Shown here in pieces: positions 1-10,230 of a stretch of 64,000 bases of DNA. The notes under the pieces were generated by a model that worked only from the letters and a program-made list of their open reading frames with translations, was not told where the DNA came from and ran no database searches. The stretch is taken from the IMG/VR virus record IMGVR_UViG_3300008012_000022, positions 1 through 64,000 of that record; one strand, given 5' to 3'. The DNA is from a virus. The position numbers were made by a program, and so were the translations under genes. The stretch's first letter is position 1. Each line of letters opens with the position of its first letter.

Positions 1-161
1 AAGGAAGGTTGCTTCACCCAGACGGCAATCGAAAATGATGATGTTCCGCCGAGTACATCCGGGATTTCGACGGAATCCGCTCCCGCAAAAGTAAACTCCC
101 GACTCGCGCCACCAAACGCGGGAACGCCAGCACCAAACCTATGTGAATTCGTTACCGTCAT
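1..161 (-). CDS. 5' part of a LamG/concanavalin-like virion protein, running off the window start
   Basis: ATG at 161 overlaps the stop of 158..1849; the open frame reads MTVTNSHRFGAG...SFSIAVWVKQ, and FSIAVWVK is LamG-like. Confidence 0.55.
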   Translation of the reverse strand, partial: MTVTNSHRFGAGVPAFGGASREFTFAGADSVEIPDVLGGTSSFSIAVWVKQPS

Positions 162-1849
162 GCTTTCGTTCCTATCAGGTAAATCTTGCCACCAGCCCCC
201 GCAACGGTTGAGCCTACCTGATCCACATCAATAGTGATTTCTGCGTCATCTGCTAAAACCGTGTCGGTTAATGTAGGTAAGGTAGCCGCTGTGGTGGAGG
301 TCTTCTCCGTAGCATCTATCTGGACTTTATTAGTCGTCATGATCGTGCTGCCCCCTTCATTAATATCAAATATTAGTGCCGCACCAGTTGGGGCAGTATC
401 CACACTGGCGCGAACTTCTGTAAGGTTCATTCCATAGGGCATTCTGAAAGTAGTCACTCCCGTGCCGGTTGCTAGATCTTCACCTTCATCACTAAGCGAT
501 ACCGCGATGGCATATAGCGTAGCATCAACCACGATGGCAATCTTGAGTCCCTGTCCCGCGATAGTACTTCCCACCTGATCTATATCTACCGTAATTTCAG
601 CATCGTCTGCAATGGCTGTATCAGAAATAACCGCCGCAGTTGCCGCAGTCTCGCTAGTTTTCTCGGTCGCATCTATGGTCAATTTGGTAGACAGAATGGA
701 AACCCCAGACTCGTTGATGTCCACCTGTATTGCTGCTCCGGTTGGTGCAGTGGTAACACTGGCTCGAACCTCTTTAACGGTACATGCATACGGTGCGCGA
801 AACGTCAGAGCTGCCGTGCCTGTTTCCAGATCAACATCTTCTGCACCAAGAGCAAAATGAAAAGTTTGCTGTGTTGTGACTTGAGAAACTGGTTGAAAAG
901 TTGGTGGCGATCCCGACCCATTACTTGTTAATACTTCAGTTGCGTTGCCTACCGTTACCGTTGTAGGTGCCCCAGCAGCATCCCATGTAATCAGTTCACC
1001 GTCAGTCCCGTTAGAAAGATCTTCTACATCAATATTTGATATAGAGTTGCCAGTTCCATTAGCATCAAAGGTTTTATTAGTTAACGTATCTGTTGAAAAA
1101 TCAGTAAGAAAATTGCCGGAATCAGTCTTCTGTAATGAATATTCCTCGATATGACCAGAATATGTTTCGTTCCAACCGATTTCCTCCAAATTACCAGAGT
1201 CAGCTAAGGTGAGGAAATTGCCAGAATCAGATTTATGTAGACTATATTCATCCAAATGTCCGCTTGCCGTAGCAACATACGCATCGGAGTATTCTTCGAG
1301 ATGGCCAGAAGACTGTATATTAAGAAGTTCCCCACTGTGCCATTTTGATAGAAAATTTCCTGAGTCAGAGGTTAATAATGTATTCTCTAAAACATGACCA
1401 GATAACGTTTCGTTCCAGCCTATCTCCTCTAAGTTGCCAGAGTCAGCTAGCGTAAGGAAATTGCCGCTATCGCTTTTGTGGAGTCCATACTCGTCGAGAT
1501 GTCCACTCGCCGTAGCAACATAAGCATCAGAATATTCTTCAAGATGTCCTGACGGAATTTCTCCCCAGCTTGCCCCACCGATTTGTTCGACAATATGACC
1601 CGAATTAACCTTATCCAATAAATTTCCTGAGTCAGATTTTTGCAATGAGTATTCTTCAATATGCCCAGAGTACGTTTCATTCCAACCATTCACACCTCCT
1701 ATATTACCCGAATCGGAAATTTTTAAAAACGGTAAATTCGTAATTAAGGCTCTGAACTCCGCTGTTCCCTCCGCATTATGACCTACAACATAATCCCCAG
1801 TATCAGGAGAAATGTCTTCAGAAAATTGAGTGAAATTTTGATCTGCCAT
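158..1849 (-). CDS. Tail fibre/virion protein with SGH/SGN repeats and a duplicated C-terminal beta-sandwich-like domain
   Basis: Repeats SGHLEEY/SGNFL; EVRASV.TAPTGAA...DINE.G...IDATEKTS...LADDAEIT.D.DQVGST occurs twice. Confidence 0.7.
   Translation of the reverse strand: MADQNFTQFSEDISPDTGDYVVGHNAEGTAEFRALITNLPFLKISDSGNIGGVNGWNETYSGHIEEYSLQKSDSGNLLDKVNSGHIVEQIGGASWGEIPSGHLEEYSDAYVATASGHLDEYGLHKSDSGNFLTLADSGNLEEIGWNETLSGHVLENTLLTSDSGNFLSKWHSGELLNIQSSGHLEEYSDAYVATASGHLDEYSLHKSDSGNFLTLADSGNLEEIGWNETYSGHIEEYSLQKTDSGNFLTDFSTDTLTNKTFDANGTGNSISNIDVEDLSNGTDGELITWDAAGAPTTVTVGNATEVLTSNGSGSPPTFQPVSQVTTQQTFHFALGAEDVDLETGTAALTFRAPYACTVKEVRASVTTAPTGAAIQVDINESGVSILSTKLTIDATEKTSETAATAAVISDTAIADDAEITVDIDQVGSTIAGQGLKIAIVVDATLYAIAVSLSDEGEDLATGTGVTTFRMPYGMNLTEVRASVDTAPTGAALIFDINEGGSTIMTTNKVQIDATEKTSTTAATLPTLTDTVLADDAEITIDVDQVGSTVAGAGGKIYLIGTKA
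1130..1700 (-). repeat. Intragenic diverged direct repeats encoding the SGH modules
   Basis: SGHLEEYSDAYVATASGHLDEY.LHKSDSGNFLTLADSGNLEEIGWNET occurs twice with synonymous changes; GWNETYSGHIEEYSLQK occurs twice. Confidence 0.85.
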
Positions 1850-1851
1850 AG

Positions 1852-2148
1852 CTATTCATTAATTACAGTGTTACCTCTACTACTGCGATAGCTGCTGTTG
1901 CTTCGTGATGCAGAACTGCGTGATGAGCGACTGTTGCTATAACGACTGTTGCTATAACGGCTATTGCTGCTACTACGCTTCAACCAATTACGCTTCCACC
2001 AATTACTACGGTAATTTTTCTTGCGAAATATTTTGCCGCTTTTCGCCCTCTTGAAGATTTTTGGTCGTGCCTCTACATCAGTTGCAGTGAAATACACCAC
2101 TGGCAATGCCATAACTGCACATAATAAGATTGTTAAAACTTTTTTCAT
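1852..2148 (-). CDS. Secreted, highly basic Arg/Ser-rich small protein
   Basis: Signal-peptide-like N-terminus (...VEA-RP), K/R-rich body, SNSRY tandem repeats; GTGTAA motif 8 nt upstream of the ATG. Confidence 0.7.
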   Translation of the reverse strand: MKKVLTILLCAVMALPVVYFTATDVEARPKIFKRAKSGKIFRKKNYRSNWWKRNWLKRSSSNSRYSNSRYSNSRSSRSSASRSNSSYRSSRGNTVINE

Positions 2149-2164
2149 ACCTTTGATTACACTT

Positions 2165-2566
2165 TTAATGATTAAAGATGAACAACATCAAAATAAATCC
2201 CAAAACAGCCGAAAAACATATTAATGTTTTTAAAGAAAGATTCGCCGCTTTTAAATGACAAAATGCCGCAATAATTCCCAATGTTTGTCTAAATGGAATG
2301 TTATTATAAACTCCGTTGTTAAACCACATCTCGGCATCAGGAGAATCAATAGCATGTAGTGTCCATGCAATGCCCCAATAAATATTGTCGCCGCATTGTC
2401 CGATAAAACTAATAACCACCCCTAAAATTAACCATGCAACCGAATCTTTTTCTATTGCATATACAGTAGAAATAGCTGTTCGCCACCAATGATAAATTAC
2501 AGCTAACGCTAGTATAATTGTTGCAGGGGTAAGCCCCATAGATATTGCTTCCGCTACGTTATTCAT
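2165..2566 (-). CDS. Multi-pass membrane protein of the lysis cassette
   Basis: About 4 hydrophobic segments; translationally coupled downstream of the endolysin. Confidence 0.65.
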   Translation of the reverse strand: MNNVAEAISMGLTPATIILALAVIYHWWRTAISTVYAIEKDSVAWLILGVVISFIGQCGDNIYWGIAWTLHAIDSPDAEMWFNNGVYNNIPFRQTLGIIAAFCHLKAANLSLKTLICFSAVLGFILMLFIFNH

Positions 2567-2921
2567 TTAGTTTGTCTATTGTTTTACGAGTTGTTTGTCG
2601 AATTGCCTCTTCTCTTAAAGCTTTAATTCGAATTTCTTCTCTTGAAAGTTTGGGGTTAAATACCCATTTATACGTACCGACAAACATTAATAGCGATATA
2701 ACAAATGGTATATAAGTATCGTCCATAATTTTAAATATTAAATAGTATTCCTCCATAATACCTGAAATTCTTCTACACGCAATTACACAAAAGGCACTAA
2801 AAAACCAAATATCAGACGGGAAACGTTTATTTAAGAACATTGATTTAGCAAATAAAACGCATACCCCCACCTGCATTGCTACTGATACAAATTCTAAAAT
2901 ATAAGATGTCATATTATGCAT
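2559..2921 (-). CDS. Membrane protein, holin candidate (3 TM, charged C-terminal tail)
   Basis: Hydrophobic segments plus a highly charged C-terminus; lysis context. Confidence 0.55.
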   Translation of the reverse strand: MHNMTSYILEFVSVAMQVGVCVLFAKSMFLNKRFPSDIWFFSAFCVIACRRISGIMEEYYLIFKIMDDTYIPFVISLLMFVGTYKWVFNPKLSREEIRIKALREEAIRQTTRKTIDKLNE

Positions 2922-3579
2922 GTTCGTGTGGCATTAAACTATCAGCAATCCGTTTAAATCTATTAGCTATTAACTGGCATTTGATTTCTGTTTGTTTATC
3001 TATGGGATCATCGCCAATAGTTGCGAACGAACAATAAGTAATCATTCGTGTTCCTTCTTGAGTATCATATGATGCAATATGAAACCACGCAGAATGTTTA
3101 ATATCTTCAGCGACATAAATACTTTTAGTTAATGACTCTGGAATTTGATCTACAGTAAATTTTAATTTATTAGAATTTACAATCGTTCCCAACCTTTCAA
3201 TATAATCCTGATCTAACTCGACAAATTTATAATCCACAAAATATTTAGGATCAGATCTCATTTGAAAAATAGCATTAGTCCACTTAGGTTTTTCTTGACC
3301 ATTGAAAGCGCGTAACACCAAAAATCTATCAATACAAGTTTCTTCAAGCAGAGATTTTAAGTCGTTTTCAATAGATTGCCATTCTCTAAAAAAATCATCA
3401 AATGATAAAGCAAAGCGATGAAGCTCTACTTCATTTTCCACATGATTAAGTCGCACTTGTTCGTTTCGTTTCGCCAAATAGCCAAAATAAGCGGTAGCAA
3501 GAATACCGACCAAACCAAAAAAAGCAATAATAATTTCTCCCCATGGTAATCCATTATCTGTGGCTACTTCTGCAATCAT
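2914..3579 (-). CDS. Single-TM protein with a soluble GAF-like domain (T4 holin T-like architecture)
   Basis: N-terminal TM followed by a ~180 aa alpha/beta domain; adjacent to the endolysin. Confidence 0.45.
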   Translation of the reverse strand: MIAEVATDNGLPWGEIIIAFFGLVGILATAYFGYLAKRNEQVRLNHVENEVELHRFALSFDDFFREWQSIENDLKSLLEETCIDRFLVLRAFNGQEKPKWTNAIFQMRSDPKYFVDYKFVELDQDYIERLGTIVNSNKLKFTVDQIPESLTKSIYVAEDIKHSAWFHIASYDTQEGTRMITYCSFATIGDDPIDKQTEIKCQLIANRFKRIADSLMPHEHA

Positions 3580-4431
3580 CTATACTATCAAATTTCCTTT
3601 TCGTCTTTCTCGTTCATCAATTAAAATATAAGGAACAACATACTGTTTCCCATACGACTTGTAATCAAGATACATTTTCGGATTATCGAAATCTGCCATT
3701 GCATCATAAATGTAGCTTCTGAGTTTGCTAAACTCAGATGGTGTATTTGTTTGACACCCTAAGCTACTTGTCGAAGACGTTCCGCCGCTATGCCAATTAA
3801 TGGCGTGATAGCCTGTATGCGGATATGGCGGCGAACCATCTCTAATTACGCGAAACGGAACAGCTTGACGAAATGATGGTCTTCCCTTATGCGGTCCTTT
3901 ACCAAAAAACCAAACTCCCTCGTCAAGACACGCCATTCCTTTTCCACTACCTTTTCCACTACCTTTACGATATCCATTTGGATCAGTATTTCCTTTGAAG
4001 CTTACCATGCCTCGTGGAGTAACTATAAAGTGAGCATCATCATATATGCGACGATCATTTACACCATCTTTACCCATATCAAGACTATAGCCGCGAATTG
4101 CTACTACAACTACATGTTCATCTGGATCGAATGCTGTCGGCGACGGATTATTTTTATTAGCATCTGCTACTAGTTGATGAGCATTAGCCATAACAATAGC
4201 GCGAATATCGTCCTCAGATGGTCGTTTACTCTGTGGCGTGATTGATTTACGCCCCAACGTTTTCCATGTTTTTGGCCCAATGATTCCGTCACCCTTTATT
4301 CTTTTACGTTTTTGCCATATTTTGATGACTGAATCTAACTTTCGATCAAACAACCCGTGATGCTTTAAACCAAAAAATTTCTGGACTTCGGACACATCTG
4401 AACCTTTAACGCCCTTTTTTAATGTCCTCAT
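3580..4431 (-). CDS. Endolysin: N-terminal peptidoglycan-binding domain plus an H...SxGC catalytic domain
   Basis: LKKGVKGSDV..VQ and WQK...DGIIGPKTW (PG_binding_1-like); INWHSGG..SSLGCQ; ATG at 4431 lies 8 nt after GTGTAA. Confidence 0.8.
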   Translation of the reverse strand: MRTLKKGVKGSDVSEVQKFFGLKHHGLFDRKLDSVIKIWQKRKRIKGDGIIGPKTWKTLGRKSITPQSKRPSEDDIRAIVMANAHQLVADANKNNPSPTAFDPDEHVVVVAIRGYSLDMGKDGVNDRRIYDDAHFIVTPRGMVSFKGNTDPNGYRKGSGKGSGKGMACLDEGVWFFGKGPHKGRPSFRQAVPFRVIRDGSPPYPHTGYHAINWHSGGTSSTSSLGCQTNTPSEFSKLRSYIYDAMADFDNPKMYLDYKSYGKQYVVPYILIDERERRKGNLIV

Positions 4432-4445
4432 GTATTTTTTTACAC

Positions 4446-4473
4446 TTGACAATATGAAATTTGGCGCTATTTT
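4446..4473 (+). promoter_or_regulatory. Sigma70-type promoter TTGACA-N16-TATTTT, leaderless, back-to-back with the GTGTAA endolysin promoter
   Basis: TTGACA 4446-4451, TATTTT 4468-4473, ATG 5 nt later. Confidence 0.55.
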
Positions 4474-4478
4474 TATCT

Positions 4479-5003
4479 ATGAATATAATGTTATTAGATG
4501 AAGATCCTCAATTATGTGCACAATTAGCATGTGATAAACACGCAGTTAAAATGGTTACTGAATCTTCTCAACTTATTGCTACATGTTTTTCGTTAAATAA
4601 ACTCAAAGAAGCACCAAAAACTCAATCGGGGAATTATCGAAAACATTTCAACCCAAAACACCCCTCATCAATTTGGGCACGTAAATCAACAGGAAATCTT
4701 GATTGGTTGCTTATATTTGCCCTTTATCAATTAGATGAATATAAATTCCGTTACAATCGTGATCATTTCTGTAATGAATTTATTTATTGGGCAATTAATA
4801 ATGTTGATGAAGCACAAGTTGTTTGTGGAGAACTAACCGAATTTTCTGTTGCTATATCACAAGATTCTTTATGTAGACAAAAAATAACCAATTTTGATGA
4901 TTTGTGTGTTGTGCAAAAATATCAAGAATACTATAATTGGGACAAAGCTTATTTTGCCAAATGGGAAAAAGGAAGAAGCAAACCAAACTTTTTTAGACAT
5001 TAA
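4479..5003 (+). CDS. Pyrimidine-dimer DNA glycosylase/endonuclease V-like protein
   Basis: MNI..LDEDP...A...CDKHAVKMV.ES.QL, HP..IW.R, EY..RY...H motifs. Confidence 0.75.
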   Translation: MNIMLLDEDPQLCAQLACDKHAVKMVTESSQLIATCFSLNKLKEAPKTQSGNYRKHFNPKHPSSIWARKSTGNLDWLLIFALYQLDEYKFRYNRDHFCNEFIYWAINNVDEAQVVCGELTEFSVAISQDSLCRQKITNFDDLCVVQKYQEYYNWDKAYFAKWEKGRSKPNFFRH

Positions 5004-5005
5004 TT

Positions 5006-5731
5006 ATGGAAACCTTTATTATAGGAGACACCCACGGAGATCTGTCAAAATTTTATTATTGGCAAATGCGATTCTCAAAAAAGAATTTTAATCTCATTCA
5101 TGTGGGAGATGTGGGAATTGGTTTTCCCCATTATAAAAAGAATTATATAGAAAGATTAAATAGGCAATTTAAACGGTGCGGAATTATGTTCTATGGGTGT
5201 CGTGGAAACCATGATAACCCACGATACTGGAATGTTGGTGATGGCGCGGAACATATCAAACTTTCTAACTTCGAATTGGTGCCAGATGGTGAGGTTAGAA
5301 ACATTAGCGGTAAAGACGTTTTATTTTTCGGTGGTGCGTCCTCTGTCGATAGATGTGTCCGTAAACACGGTTGGGATTATTGGCGCAATGAACACCCAAT
5401 ACTTGATATCAACAAATTAGGAAATCACGATAACGTTGATGTCGTAATAACACATGGTTGTCCATCTCGTGTAATCCCTGTAACTTTACCAACCGCTAAA
5501 GGTGATGGTATCGTTCAACACTTTGCAAAGAGAGATATCACGCTTGTCGAAGATTTAAAAAGTGAACTTAAACTATTTGATACTTTTGAACAGTTCATTC
5601 TAGACTCTTACGATATAGAAAAGTGGTATTTCGGACACTACCATATCTCACAAACTTGTGAGATAGATGATATAGAGTATCGATGCCTCGATATATCAGA
5701 AATTGTGGAACTTAACCGAACCCAAAGCTAA
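5006..5731 (+). CDS. Calcineurin-like metallophosphoesterase
   Basis: GDTHG, HVGD.G, RGNHD, GGA.S.D, THGCP and FGHYH motifs. Confidence 0.9.
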   Translation: METFIIGDTHGDLSKFYYWQMRFSKKNFNLIHVGDVGIGFPHYKKNYIERLNRQFKRCGIMFYGCRGNHDNPRYWNVGDGAEHIKLSNFELVPDGEVRNISGKDVLFFGGASSVDRCVRKHGWDYWRNEHPILDINKLGNHDNVDVVITHGCPSRVIPVTLPTAKGDGIVQHFAKRDITLVEDLKSELKLFDTFEQFILDSYDIEKWYFGHYHISQTCEIDDIEYRCLDISEIVELNRTQS

Positions 5732-6929
5732 CGCCCGACATCCAACCGCATGAAGGTGTTGGAGCATCCACGGCAACATCTGCAACCATTGGGAGTGGGC
5801 TTATCCCCCAAAGTCCACCCCATTTGAGCATTCTGATTCCTCCATCTGGATAGATATAAGCAAAAGGTTCGCGCACCAACAATGAACTTGTGGTATCAGA
5901 TATAACGTTTTTCTGTTGTAAACTGGAAAGTTCAGAGTCAGTATATCTATTTCGACCTTCATCATATTCTCTCGTTTTCGTCTCTATAGTCGCTGTAATG
6001 TTTTCACCATCGGGCACCTTCCAACCCCACGGACTATTAAAATCTGCTACTACTTCCCCTATAGTATCTTTATAACTCCGTAAAATAACGAGTATATCTT
6101 CAGGAATGATCGCGTCTTTCCATACTAATGATAGTGTCGCCTCATAATAAACCTCAAGAATAGGTTTGTTTCCCTCTTCGATGAATTCGCCGCTATTTGG
6201 TCCTTCCTCATATGTAGAATAAGCGAATTTATCTTCAAATCCTCCACCATCTCCAACTGGTATTGTTGGCCAACCTGAGTCACTGAATATTGCAACATCA
6301 GTTTCTTCTGAAATTCCACTGAGCCACGGCACTCCTGCCGCATCAATTTCATTATTGATCTCTAAATCAATATCGACAGTAAATTCATACGCATTTGTTT
6401 CTACAGGATTATATTTGTAAGCAGAAAGAACATTAGGTAACACTTTATACGTAGCTGTGCCCTGATTCCCCTCTGGCATTTCAGTAATAACAACCGAACC
6501 TGCTGCTATAGGTTCTTTATTAAAAAAGATAACGTCTTCTGTCAGTATAGGCTGATTATTAGCCCAAATAACAATCTTATGGGCGCGAAAATTATCTTCA
6601 GTATTTTCTAATAGATAAGGATCATCTAAATCTGTAATTGAATCATCGTCTAAGATGGCAATTTTTGTCTTATAGATACAGTAATATCCTGATGGAAAAC
6701 GATGGCAATATATTTCCAGAACATAAGTTGCATCTTCAACATAAGGAAACTCTTTATCAATATTAATTGGTTCATGTATCTTACAACCACGTGAAAAACT
6801 TTCATCACCATTACTAGTGAATGTATTTGACGTATCAATAATTTTCCCGCTACGAAACTTTATTACTTCTTCGTCTTCGTCATTTGTATAAACTGACCCC
6901 TCAAACGGGAATAAAACTAAAGTCTTCAT
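5712..6929 (-). CDS. Acidic hypothetical protein, probably virion
   Basis: Long ORF coupled to 6929..8245; start taken at MKTLV. Confidence 0.55.
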   Translation of the reverse strand: MKTLVLFPFEGSVYTNDEDEEVIKFRSGKIIDTSNTFTSNGDESFSRGCKIHEPINIDKEFPYVEDATYVLEIYCHRFPSGYYCIYKTKIAILDDDSITDLDDPYLLENTEDNFRAHKIVIWANNQPILTEDVIFFNKEPIAAGSVVITEMPEGNQGTATYKVLPNVLSAYKYNPVETNAYEFTVDIDLEINNEIDAAGVPWLSGISEETDVAIFSDSGWPTIPVGDGGGFEDKFAYSTYEEGPNSGEFIEEGNKPILEVYYEATLSLVWKDAIIPEDILVILRSYKDTIGEVVADFNSPWGWKVPDGENITATIETKTREYDEGRNRYTDSELSSLQQKNVISDTTSSLLVREPFAYIYPDGGIRMLKWGGLWGISPLPMVADVAVDAPTPSCGWMSGVSFGFG

Positions 6930-8245
6930 TATGCTTCTGTTACTATCAAGTCGTTCATCCAATCTGAGTCTGAGTAATACTCTCCTAATACATAATAATC
7001 ATATTCATCAATAACATCTGATTGAGTCCACATTTCAAATCCATCATCATTTATATAACCCACCGTACTCGGATCAATACCTAAGTATAAACCAAAATCT
7101 ACGTCATCTTCCCATGGAAAAATACAAGCGTCTTCATCATATCCCGCTTGTATCAACCATAATTTAGAGGGACGAATAAAATAAGCAAATAGATTATTCG
7201 GACCATGATAAAATGGGTCATAGTTTGCATAAACCGCTTTGAAACGATTAACAGGATAAATACATTCACCTAATTCTTCTCCTTCTCCCTCATACATATT
7301 AACGATGTTACTAAAGTTAGAAGGGTTTTCGCCCCAAATATTATGGAAGAAATCAGTCTTAGAAGCAGTATTAATATTGACTGAAAATGTAGTGCCGAAA
7401 TCTGGAGGGAAACGCAAGAATGGTAATGCTCTATTCTCGTGCTTGAGGTAAAGCGCCGATTCCATTTCGTATTCTGTAATTGCATTATTACTCGCCGCTT
7501 TCTCAGCAATAATCATTGTTATATTTGCATCATCGTCATCTTTGTGATTAGGATTTTTAAATGTTACAATATCATCAGGTTCATCTACAATCTCAAATTT
7601 TTCGGTAACACGATAATCATTGTTACTAGTTGATTTTTGCTCTTTGGTGTTACGAATCGCAGGTCTTTTCCCCGCATGTCTCATAATAACACGCGTTTCA
7701 ATCGGATCACTGCCCCACGAAACGTTTAATTTTTCTTCCGCTAAAAATAAAAAGTCTGATACTTCCTGACCTCCAGATTTACGCCTCGTAACCTTTATAT
7801 TTGACCTATCAAACGCACCATTTTCAATTGGTTCGTCGTCTGAAGAATCCCCGTATCGATTGATGGTATCTGGATAATTTCGGTAAATATGCGTATCTGA
7901 TTCAATACCCATTTCTTTAATTGTCCACCCATCATTAGTTTCTTCTAACCTAATTAAAGGAATCATTAGGTTTAAAAGACTATCCAATTCTTCATCAACA
8001 TCATCGTATTCGGATAGTGGAACGACCTGCACTTTCGACAATCCACCATAAAGCCTGAATTGAAGATTGAGATAAAATTCTTCCTCTAAATCAAATTCTT
8101 GATCGAACGATTCAACCAATTCTCCCTCGTTGATGGTCATGAAAGTAGCGCCGAAATACGCTTTACCCCCATCAATATTCGGCACTAAATTAGCCGAAGG
8201 ATTGATTATCTTAATATTGTCTTTGACACCAACTAAATCTATCAT
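6929..8245 (-). CDS. Acidic hypothetical protein, probably virion
   Basis: 438 aa ORF in the operon behind a GTGTAA motif. Confidence 0.55.
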   Translation of the reverse strand: MIDLVGVKDNIKIINPSANLVPNIDGGKAYFGATFMTINEGELVESFDQEFDLEEEFYLNLQFRLYGGLSKVQVVPLSEYDDVDEELDSLLNLMIPLIRLEETNDGWTIKEMGIESDTHIYRNYPDTINRYGDSSDDEPIENGAFDRSNIKVTRRKSGGQEVSDFLFLAEEKLNVSWGSDPIETRVIMRHAGKRPAIRNTKEQKSTSNNDYRVTEKFEIVDEPDDIVTFKNPNHKDDDDANITMIIAEKAASNNAITEYEMESALYLKHENRALPFLRFPPDFGTTFSVNINTASKTDFFHNIWGENPSNFSNIVNMYEGEGEELGECIYPVNRFKAVYANYDPFYHGPNNLFAYFIRPSKLWLIQAGYDEDACIFPWEDDVDFGLYLGIDPSTVGYINDDGFEMWTQSDVIDEYDYYVLGEYYSDSDWMNDLIVTEA

Positions 8246-9039
8246 CCTGTATTTATAATTGGAACTTTATAAGGATCTCTCATGGGATAAATTAATTTAC
8301 TATCCTTATCAATAATCGCATTAACTCTATAAAGTGGATTTCCTATTACTGTATTATAGCTAGCTGTGAACCAATTATCAAACGTGTATTGTTTTAAAGG
8401 GATACAGTGTTTTGGATCATCAAATTCCCAACTTGTATCTAAACTTGCTTGATGCGCTGGATTTTGCCCTTGTCCCACAACTTCATCTGCTTTCCTATCA
8501 ATCCAATCCTCAACCGCTTCATTCATATTTGCCGTATAAATTACGGGTGTAGCGGCGAATCGAATACCAACAGCAGTTAAATCATATGATAATTTCATAT
8601 ATGTATAATGTTGAAAAGGAGACTCTTCAAGATCAGTATGAGGATTAGTGAATGAAAACCATTCTTTTGTGAGCATTACGTAAGTATCGCCATCAATAGT
8701 CCATAAGGCTGAAGTTCGGCCTTTATTTTCATTAATAATATCTTTTCTTAAATGCTGAACCTCATCTTCATAAACCTTCGTGACCCAAACAATACAATTA
8801 TTTAAATCAGCATACCCATTAGCTGGCGCTCCATTTAACTCTGCTAAAAGGTCTGTTTTATTTATAATAGCGGGAGTAGAAGAAGAATTACGCACAATCA
8901 TCCATAACGATTCCTCTTCTTCGGTTTCAAGGCTCTGAACGCCGTTATAATAGCCATTAGACAGACCTTCATCCCGTTTGAGGAAAGACGCTGAAATTGG
9001 GTAAAAAACAGTGTTGGTGCGACGATTCAAGTAATCCAT
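8242..9039 (-). CDS. Hypothetical protein, probably late/virion
   Basis: 265 aa ORF; GTGTAA motif 11 nt upstream. Confidence 0.55.
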   Translation of the reverse strand: MDYLNRRTNTVFYPISASFLKRDEGLSNGYYNGVQSLETEEEESLWMIVRNSSSTPAIINKTDLLAELNGAPANGYADLNNCIVWVTKVYEDEVQHLRKDIINENKGRTSALWTIDGDTYVMLTKEWFSFTNPHTDLEESPFQHYTYMKLSYDLTAVGIRFAATPVIYTANMNEAVEDWIDRKADEVVGQGQNPAHQASLDTSWEFDDPKHCIPLKQYTFDNWFTASYNTVIGNPLYRVNAIIDKDSKLIYPMRDPYKVPIINTG

Positions 9040-9050
9040 TCTTTAATCAA

Positions 9051-9062
9051 TTACACGTGTAT
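9051..9062. promoter_or_regulatory. Back-to-back GTGTAA/GTGTAT motifs (divergent phage promoters)
   Basis: TTACACGTGTAT lies between ATGs at 9039 (-) and 9073 (+). Confidence 0.6.
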
Positions 9063-9072
9063 AATTAGGTGT

Positions 9073-10230
9073 ATGAGCACTTTTCAGTTAAACCAAACAG
9101 CCGAAGAAGTTAATAAAGCAATTTCAGGCTCATTATTGACGTTTGTTGACCCATGGGGTTATACTGGTAATATCGCAATTTACGGAGATTTTTACCAAAG
9201 CGGGTCAAAAGTTGTATTTTCCGACTTTCTACAGTCAGTAAATTCGGGACATATTGTAGACCAAATTAATGCGGTTAGTGGGTGGAGTTTAACACCATCT
9301 GGTCATCTTGACGAATATGCGTTGCACAAAACTGACAGTGGAAACTTTCTCGACAAACAGGATAGTGGTCGAATCAACCAATGGACCGAAACTGCGTCAG
9401 GACATCTTAACGAGTATGGGTTGCACAAAAGTGATAGCGGAAATTTCCTTCAAGATTTGGTTATAACGAATTTAACTGGTCCAGATGGTGTCCAACTAGA
9501 AAGTTCAGTTGGTGGGGGAAAAATTTGGTTACTTGATGTAACAGCTTATATAGGATCACCAGACAATGCTAACTATGCTGACTTCATGGATTCTGCTATT
9601 GTTTTCTCTACCGATTCAACTAATCGCCTTCAAATCGACGATAACACTATAACAGCCAGTTTACCTGTTGAAGTGCCTGATGAAGCTCTTACTTCGGATT
9701 GGGACAGTAGCACAGAAACTCCTACGAAAAATGCTGTATATGACGCTTTTATTACTACATCAGGTCATCTTGTATTAGACGAAGATGATATGGCATCATA
9801 TTCTAGTGGACAAGCGCCGAGTCAACAAAGTGTTGTAGAATATATCAAAGAACAAACTTATAAAACAGTTGGTTTAGCATGGCAATCCCCAACCTCTGAT
9901 GCTACCGTAGGAACTAAGAAGACTTATTTTGTCGTGCCACCATCTATGAGCGGTATGAATTTAGTTTTTGCTCATGCAGAAGTAGCTAATTCTGGCGTAG
10001 CGGGTGTCCAAACCTTTGATATAAATAAAAACGGATCTTCTATGCTATCAGGTAAATTGTATATTGATAGCACGGAATTAGGCAGTGATACTGCTGCGAC
10101 AGGCGTTATTATTGATACAACGAATCACACTGTTGTCACACACGATGTTATATCTGTAGACGTAGATTCTATCCACAGTTCTACTGCGGCACAAGGAGAA
10201 CTTGTTACGCTTGAATTTAGAACACCGTAA
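9073..10230 (+). CDS. Tail fibre/virion protein paralogous to 158..1849
   Basis: Shares VNSGHIV.QI and SGHL.EY.LHK.DSGNFL modules and a related C-terminal domain. Confidence 0.7.
   Translation: MSTFQLNQTAEEVNKAISGSLLTFVDPWGYTGNIAIYGDFYQSGSKVVFSDFLQSVNSGHIVDQINAVSGWSLTPSGHLDEYALHKTDSGNFLDKQDSGRINQWTETASGHLNEYGLHKSDSGNFLQDLVITNLTGPDGVQLESSVGGGKIWLLDVTAYIGSPDNANYADFMDSAIVFSTDSTNRLQIDDNTITASLPVEVPDEALTSDWDSSTETPTKNAVYDAFITTSGHLVLDEDDMASYSSGQAPSQQSVVEYIKEQTYKTVGLAWQSPTSDATVGTKKTYFVVPPSMSGMNLVFAHAEVANSGVAGVQTFDINKNGSSMLSGKLYIDSTELGSDTAATGVIIDTTNHTVVTHDVISVDVDSIHSSTAAQGELVTLEFRTP

Noticed and set aside
1130-1700. CRISPR array or DGR template/variable repeat
   Set aside because: The repeats are in-frame coding modules differing at synonymous positions, not adenine-specific; no spacers and no reverse transcriptase in the window.
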